Assembly: GCA_002633005.1 (NCBI GenBank)
Contig: NMRA01000205.1
Location: 421,273-485,272, forward strand
DNA from: Phoronis australis
Lineage: Eukaryota > Animalia > Phoronida
Reading direction: 5' to 3'
DNA length: 64,000 nucleotides
The first letter of the stretch is position 1. Each line of letters opens with the position of its first letter. This document shows positions 1-12,366 of the stretch, one piece after another. The position numbers and the translations under genes were made by a program. The notes below the pieces were generated by a model. That model did not search any database, was not told the DNA's origin, and saw nothing but the letters and a program-made list of their open reading frames with translations.

Positions 1-634
1 GCACTGTCAGGAAATTATTATGACATTTATCATTCAGTACTTTACTGTTGCACAGTGCTTGCAACGCCCACACTGAAACATAGACAAGCGGAGTGTGGAG
101 CAATAGTTGTTCTTTCCTCGTTCCTCTTAGCTCAGAAATTAAGTGGCCTAACTTCTGGTCAATTATACAATTTTTTTTCTATCTTTGTGAAAGAGGACAA
201 ATGAATTAGGGACCTGATTATTTACCAGCGGTTACCACACAAAATTCCCGAGTACTCGTGTTCACGTACTGTGAAAAGATTGGAAAATATTGAAAACGGG
301 GATTTGTTTTAATGATAAGCTGGGTTAACAAAAAGCTCTTTTTATTGAAAGTTATTGAGTACTCATTTACTGATAGCTGAACAGGGGTCATTAATGGTTT
401 TGGCCATTGGAGCCATTCACACAAGTTTGGTGAAAAGCAATTTAATAAGTCTGGACAGCAGCAATAATAACCTGTCAGTTGTTTTCAAGTCAAGAGAACA
501 TTGTTACAGAGTCAAAAAACAGCTAATTCCCAAATTTTAATAATTGAAAAACTAAATGACTCGTACCTGTTTAACTTTCATTAGTCATTGACAATGGGTT
601 CCTGTCCTCCAAATGCAAACTTGGAAATACTTAC

Positions 635-2994
635 ACAATCAATCCAGAAAATGTGGAAGAAAGGATGATTAATCATAGAGCGCGAGTCTTTGACCAGCTT
701 GTCCCCAGCGAATGGCAGGAACTCTGCCACCACGTTGATAACTTTGGGAGCACGTCCGTAAGATCTACAGAGAAATTAATGGTCTCATGAACTCGAGATG
801 AAGAAGTAAAATACATAAACGAAACACATCAAATCTTACATACTGCAATTTTCAAAATTTTCAGTTTCAACACTCCATGTTCGGATATATACCTAACCCC
901 AGGTCATAGTAATTTAGCTCCTGGAAAGCGGTTTTTTAATTATTTCCAGGTTTACAACTAATATGCTGCACTAATGTTTAAGGAAAAAATCACAAATTAA
1001 CCAATGACATCAAAAGGCCACTTACTAACTTTACATTTAAGAGTCTTAAGTCTGTTATGAACAAAGAAACAGGTACGGCTTATGATTTAAACCACTTCAG
1101 ATGAGAACTAGTTTCTGTGCTTTGAGACAATTGGCAGCTCATTATTGCTTGGGACCATACTTGGCGCACAAAATGTGTTGCTCTTGGCAACCCCATGGCT
1201 GAGCCTGCTTTAAACAAATAATGACCTGCCAAGACCTAAAAAGCTGAGAAATCAACTCCAATTTGCAAAAGGAAGAAGTCGCGATCAATTTCATAAACTG
1301 ACTGCAAGTGGTCTAAATCAAACTTGTTTGTATAGAGCCGTTTTAAGGTTACATTGGATCTTATCGACTGTGTAGTTAGCCATTCACTTACAAAACTATA
1401 GATTTTAACTAATAAGTAAAAGGATATATTTCCTGAAAGCAGAAAGCTTGCAAAATTCGATTCTTAACTTTTTACTAATCGGACATTAACTGGGTCACAT
1501 CACCATGGTGTTTTAGTAAAATTTAGCAGAAAAGGAAGGTACATCAACTGCATAACAACAGTATCAATGACATGACTAAATTTCATTAAATATAAATGTT
1601 CAAGATGAACTCTCAAAAACACTGTTACAGTTTTTCTAAATAATATTCACATTTTTATTTGATATATCTTTTGAGTTTTTTCATGATATCAAAAAAGTCC
1701 AATTTTTTGATAGGCTCCTGTGTAAAGTTGGAATATTTTAAAAACAATATCTAACAGGTTTTGGAGAACAGTTCACAAACAGAGTATCAGGAAGTTTCTT
1801 ATGAATCCAATCAGCAATTTACAAGATGTTACGAATTTGGCCCAATTTTGAGATTATTCTATGGTCCAACATAACCTTTAATAGGATTTTGTAGCTTTAC
1901 AAATTAGCCTTCTAATTTTAACAATGACAAAATTGACCCACAAAGTTCCATGCTACTGTACCTAGGTCTGCCTCCACAAAATTATACACCAGTTTAAAGC
2001 TACAAACAAATATTTACCTTTTGAATGCATTTCGCTATCACTGTATGCAATTTTAACAACATTGTCATAAGATTGATACAAAGAAAATTTGTTAAAATAC
2101 CTTCGCCATTCTACAGGGTCTCTGGGGAGGCCTGTAACCAGCCAAGGCTCCAAAGCCTTGAACAAAGTTGGATCTCCACTCCCTGAAACAACATGGTACC
2201 ACATCTATAATGGTTACCATAGTGTGCATTGTAGTTTGTTCATCTAAAACTGAAATCCATAGCCTTTCATTTGGGCATTTTTCTCTACTATAACAATAAT
2301 AATTTTGTGATCATTTCAGTAGCGACACGTTTCTTATCTATCACAATTAGAATGGCAACAGAAAAGAATGTAAATCAGCTTAAATAAGTAAAATTAATTG
2401 CTTTACTATAGAAATCTAGGAGACATCAATAGTGTTTTCAATACCAAGAAACCATCACATCTTCAATTTAACTCTCCCCTTACATGAAGGTATTTGATCT
2501 ATTTTCAAAAAAGTTTGGTCCTTTACCCTTCCGGCACAAATGAACAATGGAAAGAAAGTTTAATTACACCTCCCCCCCCATCCCCCCACCCAGCTGATCA
2601 ATTTTTGTACTAAGCATTGCAGTTCACAACACAAAAGTAAAACTTAATAATTAAAATGACAAAGATCAAAAACAGCAGTTGTGATGAGTTAACTTGTAAG
2701 AAATCTGCTAACTGATCCAGAACTGGCATATTGTGTGTGAAAATCAAAGAATGGCATGACCTGGCATCATATAAAGACTTGATTAAATTCTCATACTTTC
2801 CACTAGGACGTTCAGCTAGTAGTACGAAGACTATAAAAATACAGCTAACCACTGGCACTAGTGTGTGCTTCAATAAGAAGGTCCACTTAGCCGCAGTTTG
2901 CGAACGAAGTGTAAGTCGCGCTCTGCAAACGAGGAGAATAAGTACAAAAAACAAATCCTATCCACGTACAAGTTATCTTCGGCTTCGCATCCAT
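635..2994 (-). CDS. TRAPPC10: TRAPPC10 (trafficking protein particle complex subunit 10), first three coding exons; gene continues off the left edge
   Basis: Exons 2994-2970 (ATG, donor gtacgt), 2182-2101 and 764-635 (donor gtaagt) join in frame (phases 1, 2) to MDAKPKITWSGDPTLFKALEPWLVTGLPRDPVEWRRSYGRAPKVINVVAEFLPFAGDKLVKDSRSMINHPFFHIFWIDC. This matches the recalled TRAPPC10 N-terminus (MENKPIVTCAGDQNLF...LPREPMEWRRSYGRAPK...PFLHIYWTEC). Confidence 0.95.
1347..1877. mobile_element. TTAA-flanked MITE (Kolobok-like) in TRAPPC10 intron 2
   Basis: TTAA at 1343-1346 and 1878-1881. Imperfect TIRs GGTTACATTGGATC and GGTTATGTTGGACC. An inverted homologue lies near 61487-61995. Confidence 0.65.
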
Positions 2995-5531
2995 CCGGAA
3001 GCATTAGTTCACCGCAAAACCATTTCATAAAATAAAGCGGAGTACACAAATCATCCACAAAACCTTTTTCGAGCTATTTTGATGGAAACCGGAAATAGCG
3101 ACTTCAGTGACCTCTGTTGTCTGGTCTTGTTCAAATGCTTCTGAGTGAATTTCATTGTGTGTACCATTGAAGGGATAATATCTAAAATAATACATTTAGA
3201 AAATTGAAATTCTTTAGTAAGTAGTGTCGATCAGCCGTGCTTCAGGGAGTTGGTGGTTAGCTCACAGAAGTATAGAAAGCACAAGAAAAACAAACACAAG
3301 ACAAAACGGATGAATAAAAGAACAAGTGGGGAAACACGGACAGCCTGGCCAGTCAGAAACATATTTTCAAAAAGATCACAGTAAATAAAATAAATGAAAA
3401 CGTAAACATACAAAAACAGGCACAAAATACAAATAAATAAAAGTGAACAAACAACAAAAGTAGACAACACAGTACAGAAAATAAAATTAAAATTCAAAAA
3501 TAGATTTATATTTGTTAGACTGGTATTAAACAACAATTAAACAAAAAGTAGTATTAGACGTTCAAGAAGTTTATTACGGGTTCCTGCGAGTGCAATTGTA
3601 ATGACGTGGCCAAACGTTTTGCTTTAGTGAATTTGCAACGAAGCAGCGCCATTGCCAGTGTTGTGTTATAGTGAACCAAGCATGGAGGAGCAGAGGCGTG
3701 GAAAATACAGTGTCGATCAAGCGAAGTTGAAAGTAGCTCTGGAGGGGAAATATTAACTTGATAGAATTCCGGTGCTCCCCATGAGTTCAAGGATGGAGGT
3801 TCAGTAGAAGCCTAATAATCTTGTTTTGACAGCGCCGTAATTTATCCTTTGTTGCTCTCAGTAGACAGTCTTAAATTCCATGAACAAGAAACACAGACAA
3901 AGTGACACAGTCGAAATTAACATGCGCCACCAACGACTTTTAAATTATTTCACTGGCGTTTTAAGTCTGGAGTTAGCCTTGTTCACAGTGGCGGATCTAG
4001 GATATCATAAGGGGGCCAACATCCCCGGGGTAACGCCGAGCAAAGCGCGATTGTACGTGCACAGGCGGCCCGAAAATTGCGGGAGCCCTGCCCCCCCCCC
4101 CCTCAAATCTGCCTATGGTTCAGAACAATTTCTGTCATGCATTATTTCGCCATATGTAAGCAGGTCAAGGCGATTTCCAAGGTATTTGGTTGAGGAGACA
4201 GACTTAATGATCCCTCAGTCACAAATAATTGCAAAATTTTTGGTTTTGGAAGTTTAATTTTAAAGCTGAAATGAACGATTGTCGCTCAACAAGATGCGTA
4301 GTTTGTAAAGTTCACCGGGGTCAATCATGTGTTCCCTGAAGAGTATGCACAAGGCATTCGCTGTAAACTGTTCGTCTGCGCTGATGAATCAGCGTTAATT
4401 TATTCTTAGAAGAAAGTCAATTACTGAACGCGATTAAATACGAATCATATAATTTTTTAAGTTTTAATAAATTCCTAATGTGCGAAAAGTGTGGAGCTGC
4501 GGAATTTTTTAGTTGTCCACGTTTTCAAAAAGCGAAAACGACCTGAAGCCAGCTGGCGGAAATGGCTGTGGTATGCTTCTTTTTTAGTGCCGTATGACAC
4601 CAACAGCAATGAGTCGGAATCTTTCGTTTTCTTTAAATAGGGATCGGAATCGCTGGTGTAGATGAGCACCAATTATAGCGCCGGTCTAAAATCCTTAAAT
4701 GAATATAACACAACTTGCTCAAAAACATAAAATACGCTTTAGGCCAGACATTTGGGGCAGTGGCAGGTAAAAACAGTCGATTAAGAAGCCAGGGTTAGCT
4801 AAAAACACAGGTGAGCTCCTGATTCCTTTTGATAGTAGATACGAATTCCTATGAAGTAAGGAGGAAATTTATGAAACTTAATTTAATCTGCAAAACACTG
4901 GTGACAAATGCCTGATTAACCTGTGATAAAATGAAATAAAATGGGAAGAAATCTTAAACCGATAAAGCATGAGAACCAGTAAATTGCCATGAAAAAATAC
5001 AGTGAAATTACTGTTTCACTTTGTAATCATGGAATTGGACCGGGCAGTAATATTATAGTCCTAGAATTGCACGCCTTTAATCGATACTTTAATTAATTTG
5101 ACAAAAATAATATAGTGAGAGTGATGGATGGTTTCCGGCTGGGTTTTACCGTTATACGGTTTTATTTCACAAAAATGTCTATGTTATGAATCAAATAGGC
5201 CTACATGCAGATCAAGCCTGTCAGTAAGCGAATGACGGTACCAGACTATTTGATAAGTCCAAGGCGAAAAGTCCTTGAAACAACAACGCAATTTATGTGT
5301 TTTGTGATAGAGTTCATATGCATCTTGAAAAGGTTAAGGTTTTCATTACACAAAAAATTCTATGATATGAATCAAATACAAATGGCAAGGAGAAATTTTC
5401 TTCGGTCTGAAATTTTTTATAACATTTTCAGTGTCATCCACGAGGTGGCGTTTTGTTATGTGGTTTGCGACTAACGCAAAGTAGCTCATACAGAAAATGT
5501 GATCAAGCAAGCTCGAAGAATTTTAAAGACC
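2995..5531. promoter_or_regulatory. Divergent promoter interval between TRAPPC10 and the NOL7-like gene
   Basis: The two start codons face away from each other about 2.5 kb apart. CpG is locally enriched and an ETS-like CCGGAAAT lies at 3089-3096. Confidence 0.5.
3986..4117. mobile_element. Short MITE with 5-bp TSD (hAT5-like)
   Basis: CAGTGGCGGATCT...AAATCTGCCTATG is flanked by GTTCA on both sides. Confidence 0.75.
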
Positions 5532-8500
5532 ATGCCGAGACGAAAGGTTTTTAAGCAGACGCCTGATGAGGAGCCGAGTATTTTGTTTGAAGGAAATCCT
5601 GAAAACGGCGAGAGCAAAGACGATGCCTCAGGTTCATAGGGTTTCTAACTGATAGAACTGAACTGAGATGATTCCTATCCGTTTTGATGTTGATTGTTGA
5701 TTGATGTTGTTTGTTGAATTTTTCTGCCGATCCAGTTACATTTTTGCATTTTCTTTTTAAATGTACCTAGAGTCTTGTCTGGCCAAAAGTGTCTGGATAA
5801 TTTAATTCCCACTGAATAAAGGATAATGAACTAGGCTGGTTCTTTACTACCAGTCATTACTTGTAGACACTACGCTACTACGGCAGTAAATCATTCATTA
5901 GTTAGTAATACTAAATAGTAATAATCCATGACCTGCGATTTCTCGTCTCTATAAAGTGTCATATATCATGTAATCCATACGGGCATTTCGACAAAAAATC
6001 CATTGCTTGTAGAGTAAGCAACTGTGTACCCATGATTGGGCATGTATTCATGATATTAAACGTTACTGAATTTTTGTTGATGAAACCAGGGGCATGGGTA
6101 AGGGTTTTTTCAAACTCCGTTCTGGCTGATGCTGTTCTGTGCAATGTATCAATCTGGTCTGGGCAATGTGTTAATGAGTTACAGTCAACTGCTGACATGT
6201 GAATGTTTGCTGCGGTTTTATAGTGACCATCTGTGCTAGATAAATACAACTTTTCTGAAGTTGATTTCATTGAGCTTTTATCATTCATAAAATTTCAGTG
6301 GTAGACCAGATCGGGTGTAGGAGTTCACTTGGTCTAACAGGTTAGAACATGTAAGTGAACCGAGTTAACTTGGTCTGTTGGCTTACTTGGTCTACAAGAA
6401 TGCCAGTCAAAAGCTCAATCTATTAAAACCGAGTCTGATATTTACAGTGGAAGAGGAGGAAACTGTCTATGCTGATGATGTCATAGCAGATAGCGATAGT
6501 GATGAAGCACCAGATGATGTGGCATTCTCGGCCGGTAAGGAGGACGCCCTCCTGCAGGTGCAGGCTGTGTTGAAACAGATGGAGCAAGAGAATAGAAGCA
6601 AGAAACTGAAAAGGAGACAGAGAGACGAGTTGTTCAAACAACAGAAGGTGAGCATAGAGCAAGACAGGTGGAATGGATCTAGTGTTAGAGCCTAGGGTGG
6701 TTGAATGATGTGGAGACCTGTAGTGTTGCACGCTCTCAATAGATGGTGCATGCTAATTGGTGATCTGTCTGAGTCGCGTAAGTAAGGCATGAACTAATAA
6801 CAGTGTTAAGTCGTCATGGTTTCATATATTTAACCGTTGCAATTGACTATTGTACAAGACCCTGATTTGCTGCAATAACTGAAAATGGACAGGAGCCACA
6901 AAGTCTGACTTTCGTTACAGTAAGAAGACTTTTCTTCATTTTTGTTAATATTGCACAGGTGTCATTGACAAACACGTTATCAAATTTGCAATAAACACAT
7001 TATGAAATTTGAGTCTTCTAACAATACAGTGTGTGACTCAGTGGTTTGAGCTCTGGAGTCCTGTTTGGATTGAATCCTGGCTTTACTGGCATACCATCAA
7101 GCATTGCCCAGAGGTATTGCCTACTCCTCTGAGCTCGGTCTTACTTGTTAATGTTTGCAAGGGAGTGAATGAGAACCTGGATGTATTGCCTAAGCAATTT
7201 CTGTGCATGTGCTTGTATTTTAACTAACAAGAAAAAATAGAAAAAAAAAATAATACAGTGAGCTGTTGAAAAAGGAAAATTTACTGTAACAGTTTTTTGT
7301 TTAAATTTGAGGTAAGTTTACGGCATAAATTTCCATAGTAAACAAGATCTGAAAATTAATACATCTAATCTTGAACATTTCTCTTCAGCAACAAAAACTT
7401 CAAGAGTTAGCTGACCGGCGACTTCCTGATGACTTTCTGGCGGATTTATCATCACAGCCCATAACAAAGAAGCCCGCAAAAATTCCGAAAAAAAATGAGC
7501 AGGTTGAAAGTCCTGATGTCGAAGCTGCCACGTTATCAGGTTCATTTTTGTCCACTTGCAGTTTTCCGCACTGTACTACTCACTGGATTAAATACAGCAC
7601 TGATGCAATATGGAATCCTGATCTGGAAAGTTCAGGGAAATGATGATTGCAAAATAAATATCTGTGTTTTTCTGCACGTACTCAAACATGGTGCTACATC
7701 AGTTGCGGATTTAAGGGGGGGCCCAAAGGGGCCATGCCCCCCCCCCCCCCAGAACTTTCCCAGATTCCATTTGGCAGTTCGGTGTTGTGAATGTCTGAGG
7801 GGCAATGTTCTTGTTAATGCTTTGCCATGCCCCCCCCCCCCAACTCAAAATCCTGCATCTGACCCTTACACCTTGTCTTGAGACATGTTTGAAAAGTCCG
7901 ATTTTTTTCTGCGTTACAAGAAAAATGATTGAAATTGTGTTGCTTAGTGTTACTATTTTTTATTGTTTTGCAATAACAGTGTGAAAATATTGTGTAAGTA
8001 TAGTTGATTTAATTTCTGAATGAACTGAAAGGAAGATTAGGATGGGAAAACAAGATGCCCTATTTACACGTTATTACTTGGCGAAATTTATTTCGCCAAG
8101 TGTGTTGCTCTTCCATCAAGTTTTTTTTGTTTGTTCGCACGATACAGGTCACAATTTTCATCCGATCACCACGAAATTTACACATAACACGTAGTTCCGG
8201 AAGTACTGGAAGCCTATTGTTTTTCGTCATAATCGGATCCAAGATGGCAGCTGTAGTGGCCATTTTTTTTTCATTTTAAGATTCAAAGGCTTCTGAAGGC
8301 TACAATTTTTTACATTCAGATTTGAAACTCAGCACAATAAATGGACCAGATGTTTACTTCTGGTTAAAGATGGTGGAAATAATGGCATTCGCGCATGCGC
8401 ACCTCTATTTCGGGAAAAAAACGTTTTCTCCTGTAGAGGGCGCAATATAGGGCCAATTCCTTTGAATTTTTGCAGTTATTAGTTTTTTTTGATTTGCTAT

Positions 8501-11167
8501 TATACAAAACCAAAAAACCGGAAGTTGTTTTCAAGATGGCGGTTCTGGCGCATGTTGACCTATTTTCAGTTGTGCTGAGGGGCCACTTAAACGGGAGGAG
8601 AAAATGATGTGAAGTTTTGCATGTGGATTCTCTAAGGTATACTCTTTCAAATGAACTGTAACAAATTTTTTCTCAGACTTACCGTTTTCGAGATATTTGA
8701 CTTTAAATTTCTTAAAAATACGCAAAATTTCATTTTTTTTCGTAAAGATTTACGGAATTGTGTGATACTATCAATTTAGATAGAGTTTTGAACGGGCTTT
8801 CAGAAGATGTTTTCCATTTTATGCTAAGACGTCTACTTTTTGAGTTATTTGAGATTTTCTGATAACGCTGTTTCTTTGTTGAGCGCTCTTGCTGCATTGA
8901 TGTTGGTTTAGCTTCTATTGAACTAGACTGTAGCCTATTTCTTATTGATTTATGACATCTAAGTTCGTCATATGAATGTTACGATGTTGTTCATCATCTC
9001 CACCAACATCATCATATTTGTCATCTTCGTCATCATCTCCGACGTCGTCTTTTCTTCAGTTAATTTCGCCCAAGACTGTAGCCTATCTCTTAGTGATTTT
9101 TGTCATCTACGTTTGTCATATGAATGATATCATAACTTGCAATGTCCATCATCGCCACCATCATCGTCATAGCTGTCATCTTGGTCATCATCTTTGTCGT
9201 CGTCTTTTCTGGTCATTTCTAACGTGGTTTTTTGGTTAATTTCGCCAAGTGTTGCTCCTCGGAACGCTTTCATTTGAATTTTTGCTCCGACTAGTAGAAC
9301 CCCAGATATATACACACATTATATAACTGATTTTTGTTGTCAATTACACGAAACTTTCTTCCAAACAAGAACTATCCGACTTGTGTGTTGAGCATGTACG
9401 TTGAATTTTTACTTTCTCATTTCAGATGAAGCTGATGATGAAGCAGAATCAGAAGGCTACATTCCATTGGAGAATGATAGGTGAGAATATATCTCTGACT
9501 TCCAGTATTGTGTTGTATCTCTTCTCCAGCATGGGCGCATGTGGAGGCGCTGTAAGGGCACTTTTTGCAATAGCAATACATATTGATGTGTTTCCAAACG
9601 TGTGGTATTATTAATCCAATCAATATGATAAGAGACAAGTCATTGGATTACAATAAAAATAGTCATAGTTACTTGCCTGGCGTGTTTTCTAATATAACTA
9701 ATATAACTGTATTGTATGAAAACCCAGGGTGTCAGTTTCGTACGAGTTTGGCGAAAGTATGCTGGTGAAAGGACAATGTTCTACACTTAAGTTTGTAACT
9801 TGACTACCTTACGATAGAATATTGTCGCCAATGAGTTGACTGGACAGGTTGGAATGTTGAATTACTGAAGAATCTGTAAGCACTATTTGTGTTACCCAAG
9901 CTATGATTTCTCTGTGCGAATGACTAGTGGGCAGCACACCCTTACAGACCTAGGAATTATTGAGATATTTCACACCTTTATAAAGTATGTTTTATCATGA
10001 AGTGGAAATGCACCCTTACCAGACGCTGCAAAAATACACCATGTACAAAAACAAAAAACCCTATCCTCGGAACATAAAGTCTAACCTCACTTGGACACTC
10101 TTACCGCAGACGATTTTGAGTGTGAGCAACCGAAGTGCTCGATGCAGTTCTATGTGTGTTTTTCCGTCACTTGTGCTTAAAATTTCCCATAGCAAAAGTG
10201 GCTGGAGTTCTGGTTCTGTGGTAAGGTTTTGTGCGCCTAGCAGAGTTTTTGCGGTGTGTGGTGAGGCTGAGTACCCATGGTAAGAGTCGGTTTCCACCCC
10301 TGTTGATACTGCCAGTAATTTCTTCTAGTACGTGCTGGTTGTTTTCAGACTGACCAATTTCAAAGTTGTTGCCATCAAGGAAGACTTGAAGAAGGGTAAA
10401 CTTTCATCTCAAACTGCCGCCGAGTTCAGACAAAATATGTTGTTTGGTGACAGAGTCAAGCGAGAACCAAGTAAGATTGGCTGCCCCTGTGCAACAGAGG
10501 AGACCATAATCTGAGTTTTCTTTCACTTTAGATTCCAAAAATTCAAGTTAAAATATTTCATTGCCAATCAGATTTTTGACAATTTCCACTTGCCTGAAGT
10601 GTACCTGGATTCACGCCAAGAATTCAACACTGAACAAGGATGTGCTGTCAAAATGGCAGCAAGTCCGTGTCTGAGTACACAAGAGTAGAGACCGAATTTC
10701 TGGATTCATTTTACTCAAAACAACTTCAAGGAACTAATGAATACCATTCATGGCAGTCACTTCTTGTTTAGTCCACAAAACTGCCTTCAAACCTGACCCA
10801 ACCCATTTTCTTCATTTTTGGGGAGCTACAAAGGCACGAACCGTGATCTTAGACTTTAATTATCAACATTTTCTGCAATAATCTCTGATGCAATGTCATT
10901 TCCTTCAGTTATAGGATGACCACTAGTCTCATTTGTAAACAAGAATGTGCTGATGTAGATTTTACATGTGCGCTCTGATGTAAGTTTTTGACAGCTTTAT
11001 AGCACTATGATAATTACTCCTCAATACATTCCTGCCGGACTGAGACACCTATTGTCTAGGCTGTTTCCAATGATTTGATTTTTTTCATTACCATCATGCA
11101 AACTGTTCTTTCAGTGCAAGCAAAGATGGCTAAAAAGTTAAAGAAAAAGGCACAGTTCAGAAGCTAG
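5532..11167 (+). CDS. NOL7: NOL7-like nucleolar protein (NUC129-type), 6 exons, about 226 aa
   Basis: Exons 5532-5631, 6448-6647, 7389-7539, 9426-9480, 10349-10470 and 11115-11167 are GT-AG bounded and frame-consistent (681 nt, TAG at 11165-11167). The acidic N-terminus, SDEAPDDVAF, KRRQRDELFKQQK, RRLPDDFLADL and AAEFRQNMLFG resemble NOL7 (DEAPEELTF...KRREELFIEQK...LLPDTILEKL...AAQAFIHNSLYG). The C-terminus is basic. Confidence 0.75.
7700..7866. mobile_element. MITE of the CAG(T/G)GGCGGAT family in NOL7 intron 3
   Basis: CAGTTGCGGATTTAAGGGGGG...GCATCTGACCCT, with near-TSD TACAT/TACAC. The internal sequence is shared with 13875-13985 and 44143-44300. Confidence 0.7.
8071..9296 (+). mobile_element. 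Helentron-associated (HINE/DINE-1-like) non-autonomous element in NOL7 intron 3
   Basis: 5' palindrome ACTTGGCGAAAT-TT-ATTTCGCCAAGT (8076-8101). ATTTCGCCAAGT recurs near the 3' end (9239-9250), followed by a short hairpin. It contains internal (TCA/TCG)n-rich repeats. The family assignment is inferred from architecture. Confidence 0.55.
8924..9250. repeat. Two diverged tandem units of about 150 bp with degenerate (TCA/TCG)n microsatellite
   Basis: AGACTGTAGCCTAT...GTCATATGAATG occurs near 8925 and 9074, and each unit ends in GTTAATTTCGCC. Confidence 0.7.
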
Positions 11168-11333
11168 CTGAGGACCTAGCAATGTAGATGTAGTTTTTCA
11201 ATTTCCTTCGAAGGTATCTCACTTAGTGAACAAGCAGTTTTGTTTGCGGATGTATAAAGGTTTCACACCTGTTGCATAATGTATGTGAGCTTTTATTTCG
11301 GAAGCTGTCATTTGGGGATTTTTAGCGGTTTAC

Positions 11334-11339
11334 AATAAA
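11334..11339 (+). terminator. Candidate polyadenylation signal of the NOL7-like gene
   Basis: AATAAA about 167 nt downstream of the stop codon. Confidence 0.45.
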
Positions 11340-12107
11340 TTGTCCAGTACGTGCAACTCATGGAAAACGAGCTGGCTAGTTCTGTTATACTGATATGTAA
11401 ATTACCAATAGTGCAGTACAACCCAGAACTATTCAGCCATTCCACATAACGATGGCAGAGCGGAAGCCGAATTCATTGTCAGTGTAGTCTTCTCTGATGA
11501 CAGAGAATGAAGGGACATTAAGAGCAAAAGGTAGCTAAGCCATTGTGTAATTAGAATTTTGCTGCTGTAATAGTTATTATCTGTAAATTTTGGTGTTAAC
11601 AGAATCATCCATCGCGACGGTGAAAATATTATTTTGTCTGATCATTTTTGGCTTGTACTGTAAAGCACATTGTCTGCACAAGTAGAGCTGTAAGTTTCAG
11701 GCGGTATTGAAATTTCTTCAAACTTGACGTGTTACGTTTAGAAATGATTTACGAACTGTGATGTGGAAGTCTGGTAAAAAAATACCGAAAGTTGGTACTG
11801 TGTTATTGTTAATGAAAGTGTCTAACTGAACAGCAAACATGCAAATTCTTTGGCATGCACAAGATCAAATTTTGCTTGATTCAATTTCAAATTTTGGTGT
11901 GCATTTGTACAAAGTGTTGACAAAGAGAAATTTAAACAATTGTTTTCATTCACAGACATTTTGTGACGTTAGATACTTTTGTTTGAACTACTTTTAAATA
12001 TCTCTCTATAAAACAGTTGTAATTTGATGCCATAATGATTGCAAGTCAATTAAAAAATGCAATGAAATCCCACTCGAAAAAATCACCCTCCTATGCACCC
12101 ACCTATA

Positions 12108-12366
12108 CATGCGCGCACCTGGCCTAAAATATAGGGGGGGGCTCGAATTTTTCGGTACGCGGACCTTTTACTGAAAAAATCAACGAGGGCTAAAAAAATG
12201 ATCCCCTAGGTTCAGGCCAACGAATTGTGCATCCAAGTCGAATTCCTGTGGACTTTGTGGACTTTCGTCTCGTTTGCTCGGACTTTTGTTTCCTTCAGGC
12301 GGACCTTTTTGCCCAATTCGCCAAATTGGGGGGGGGGCTCGGTCGAGCCCCTTGGGTGCACCCATG
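12108..12366. mobile_element. MITE with 6-bp TSD (hAT6-like)
   Basis: CATGCGCGCACC...GGTGCACCCATG is flanked by CCTATA on both sides. A homologue lies at 35231-35442. Confidence 0.75.

Noticed and set aside
6706-6773. Box C/D snoRNA candidate in NOL7 intron 2 (ATGATGT...CTGA)
   Set aside because: Box C is mismatched, there is no clear terminal stem, and I recognised no rRNA-complementary guide.
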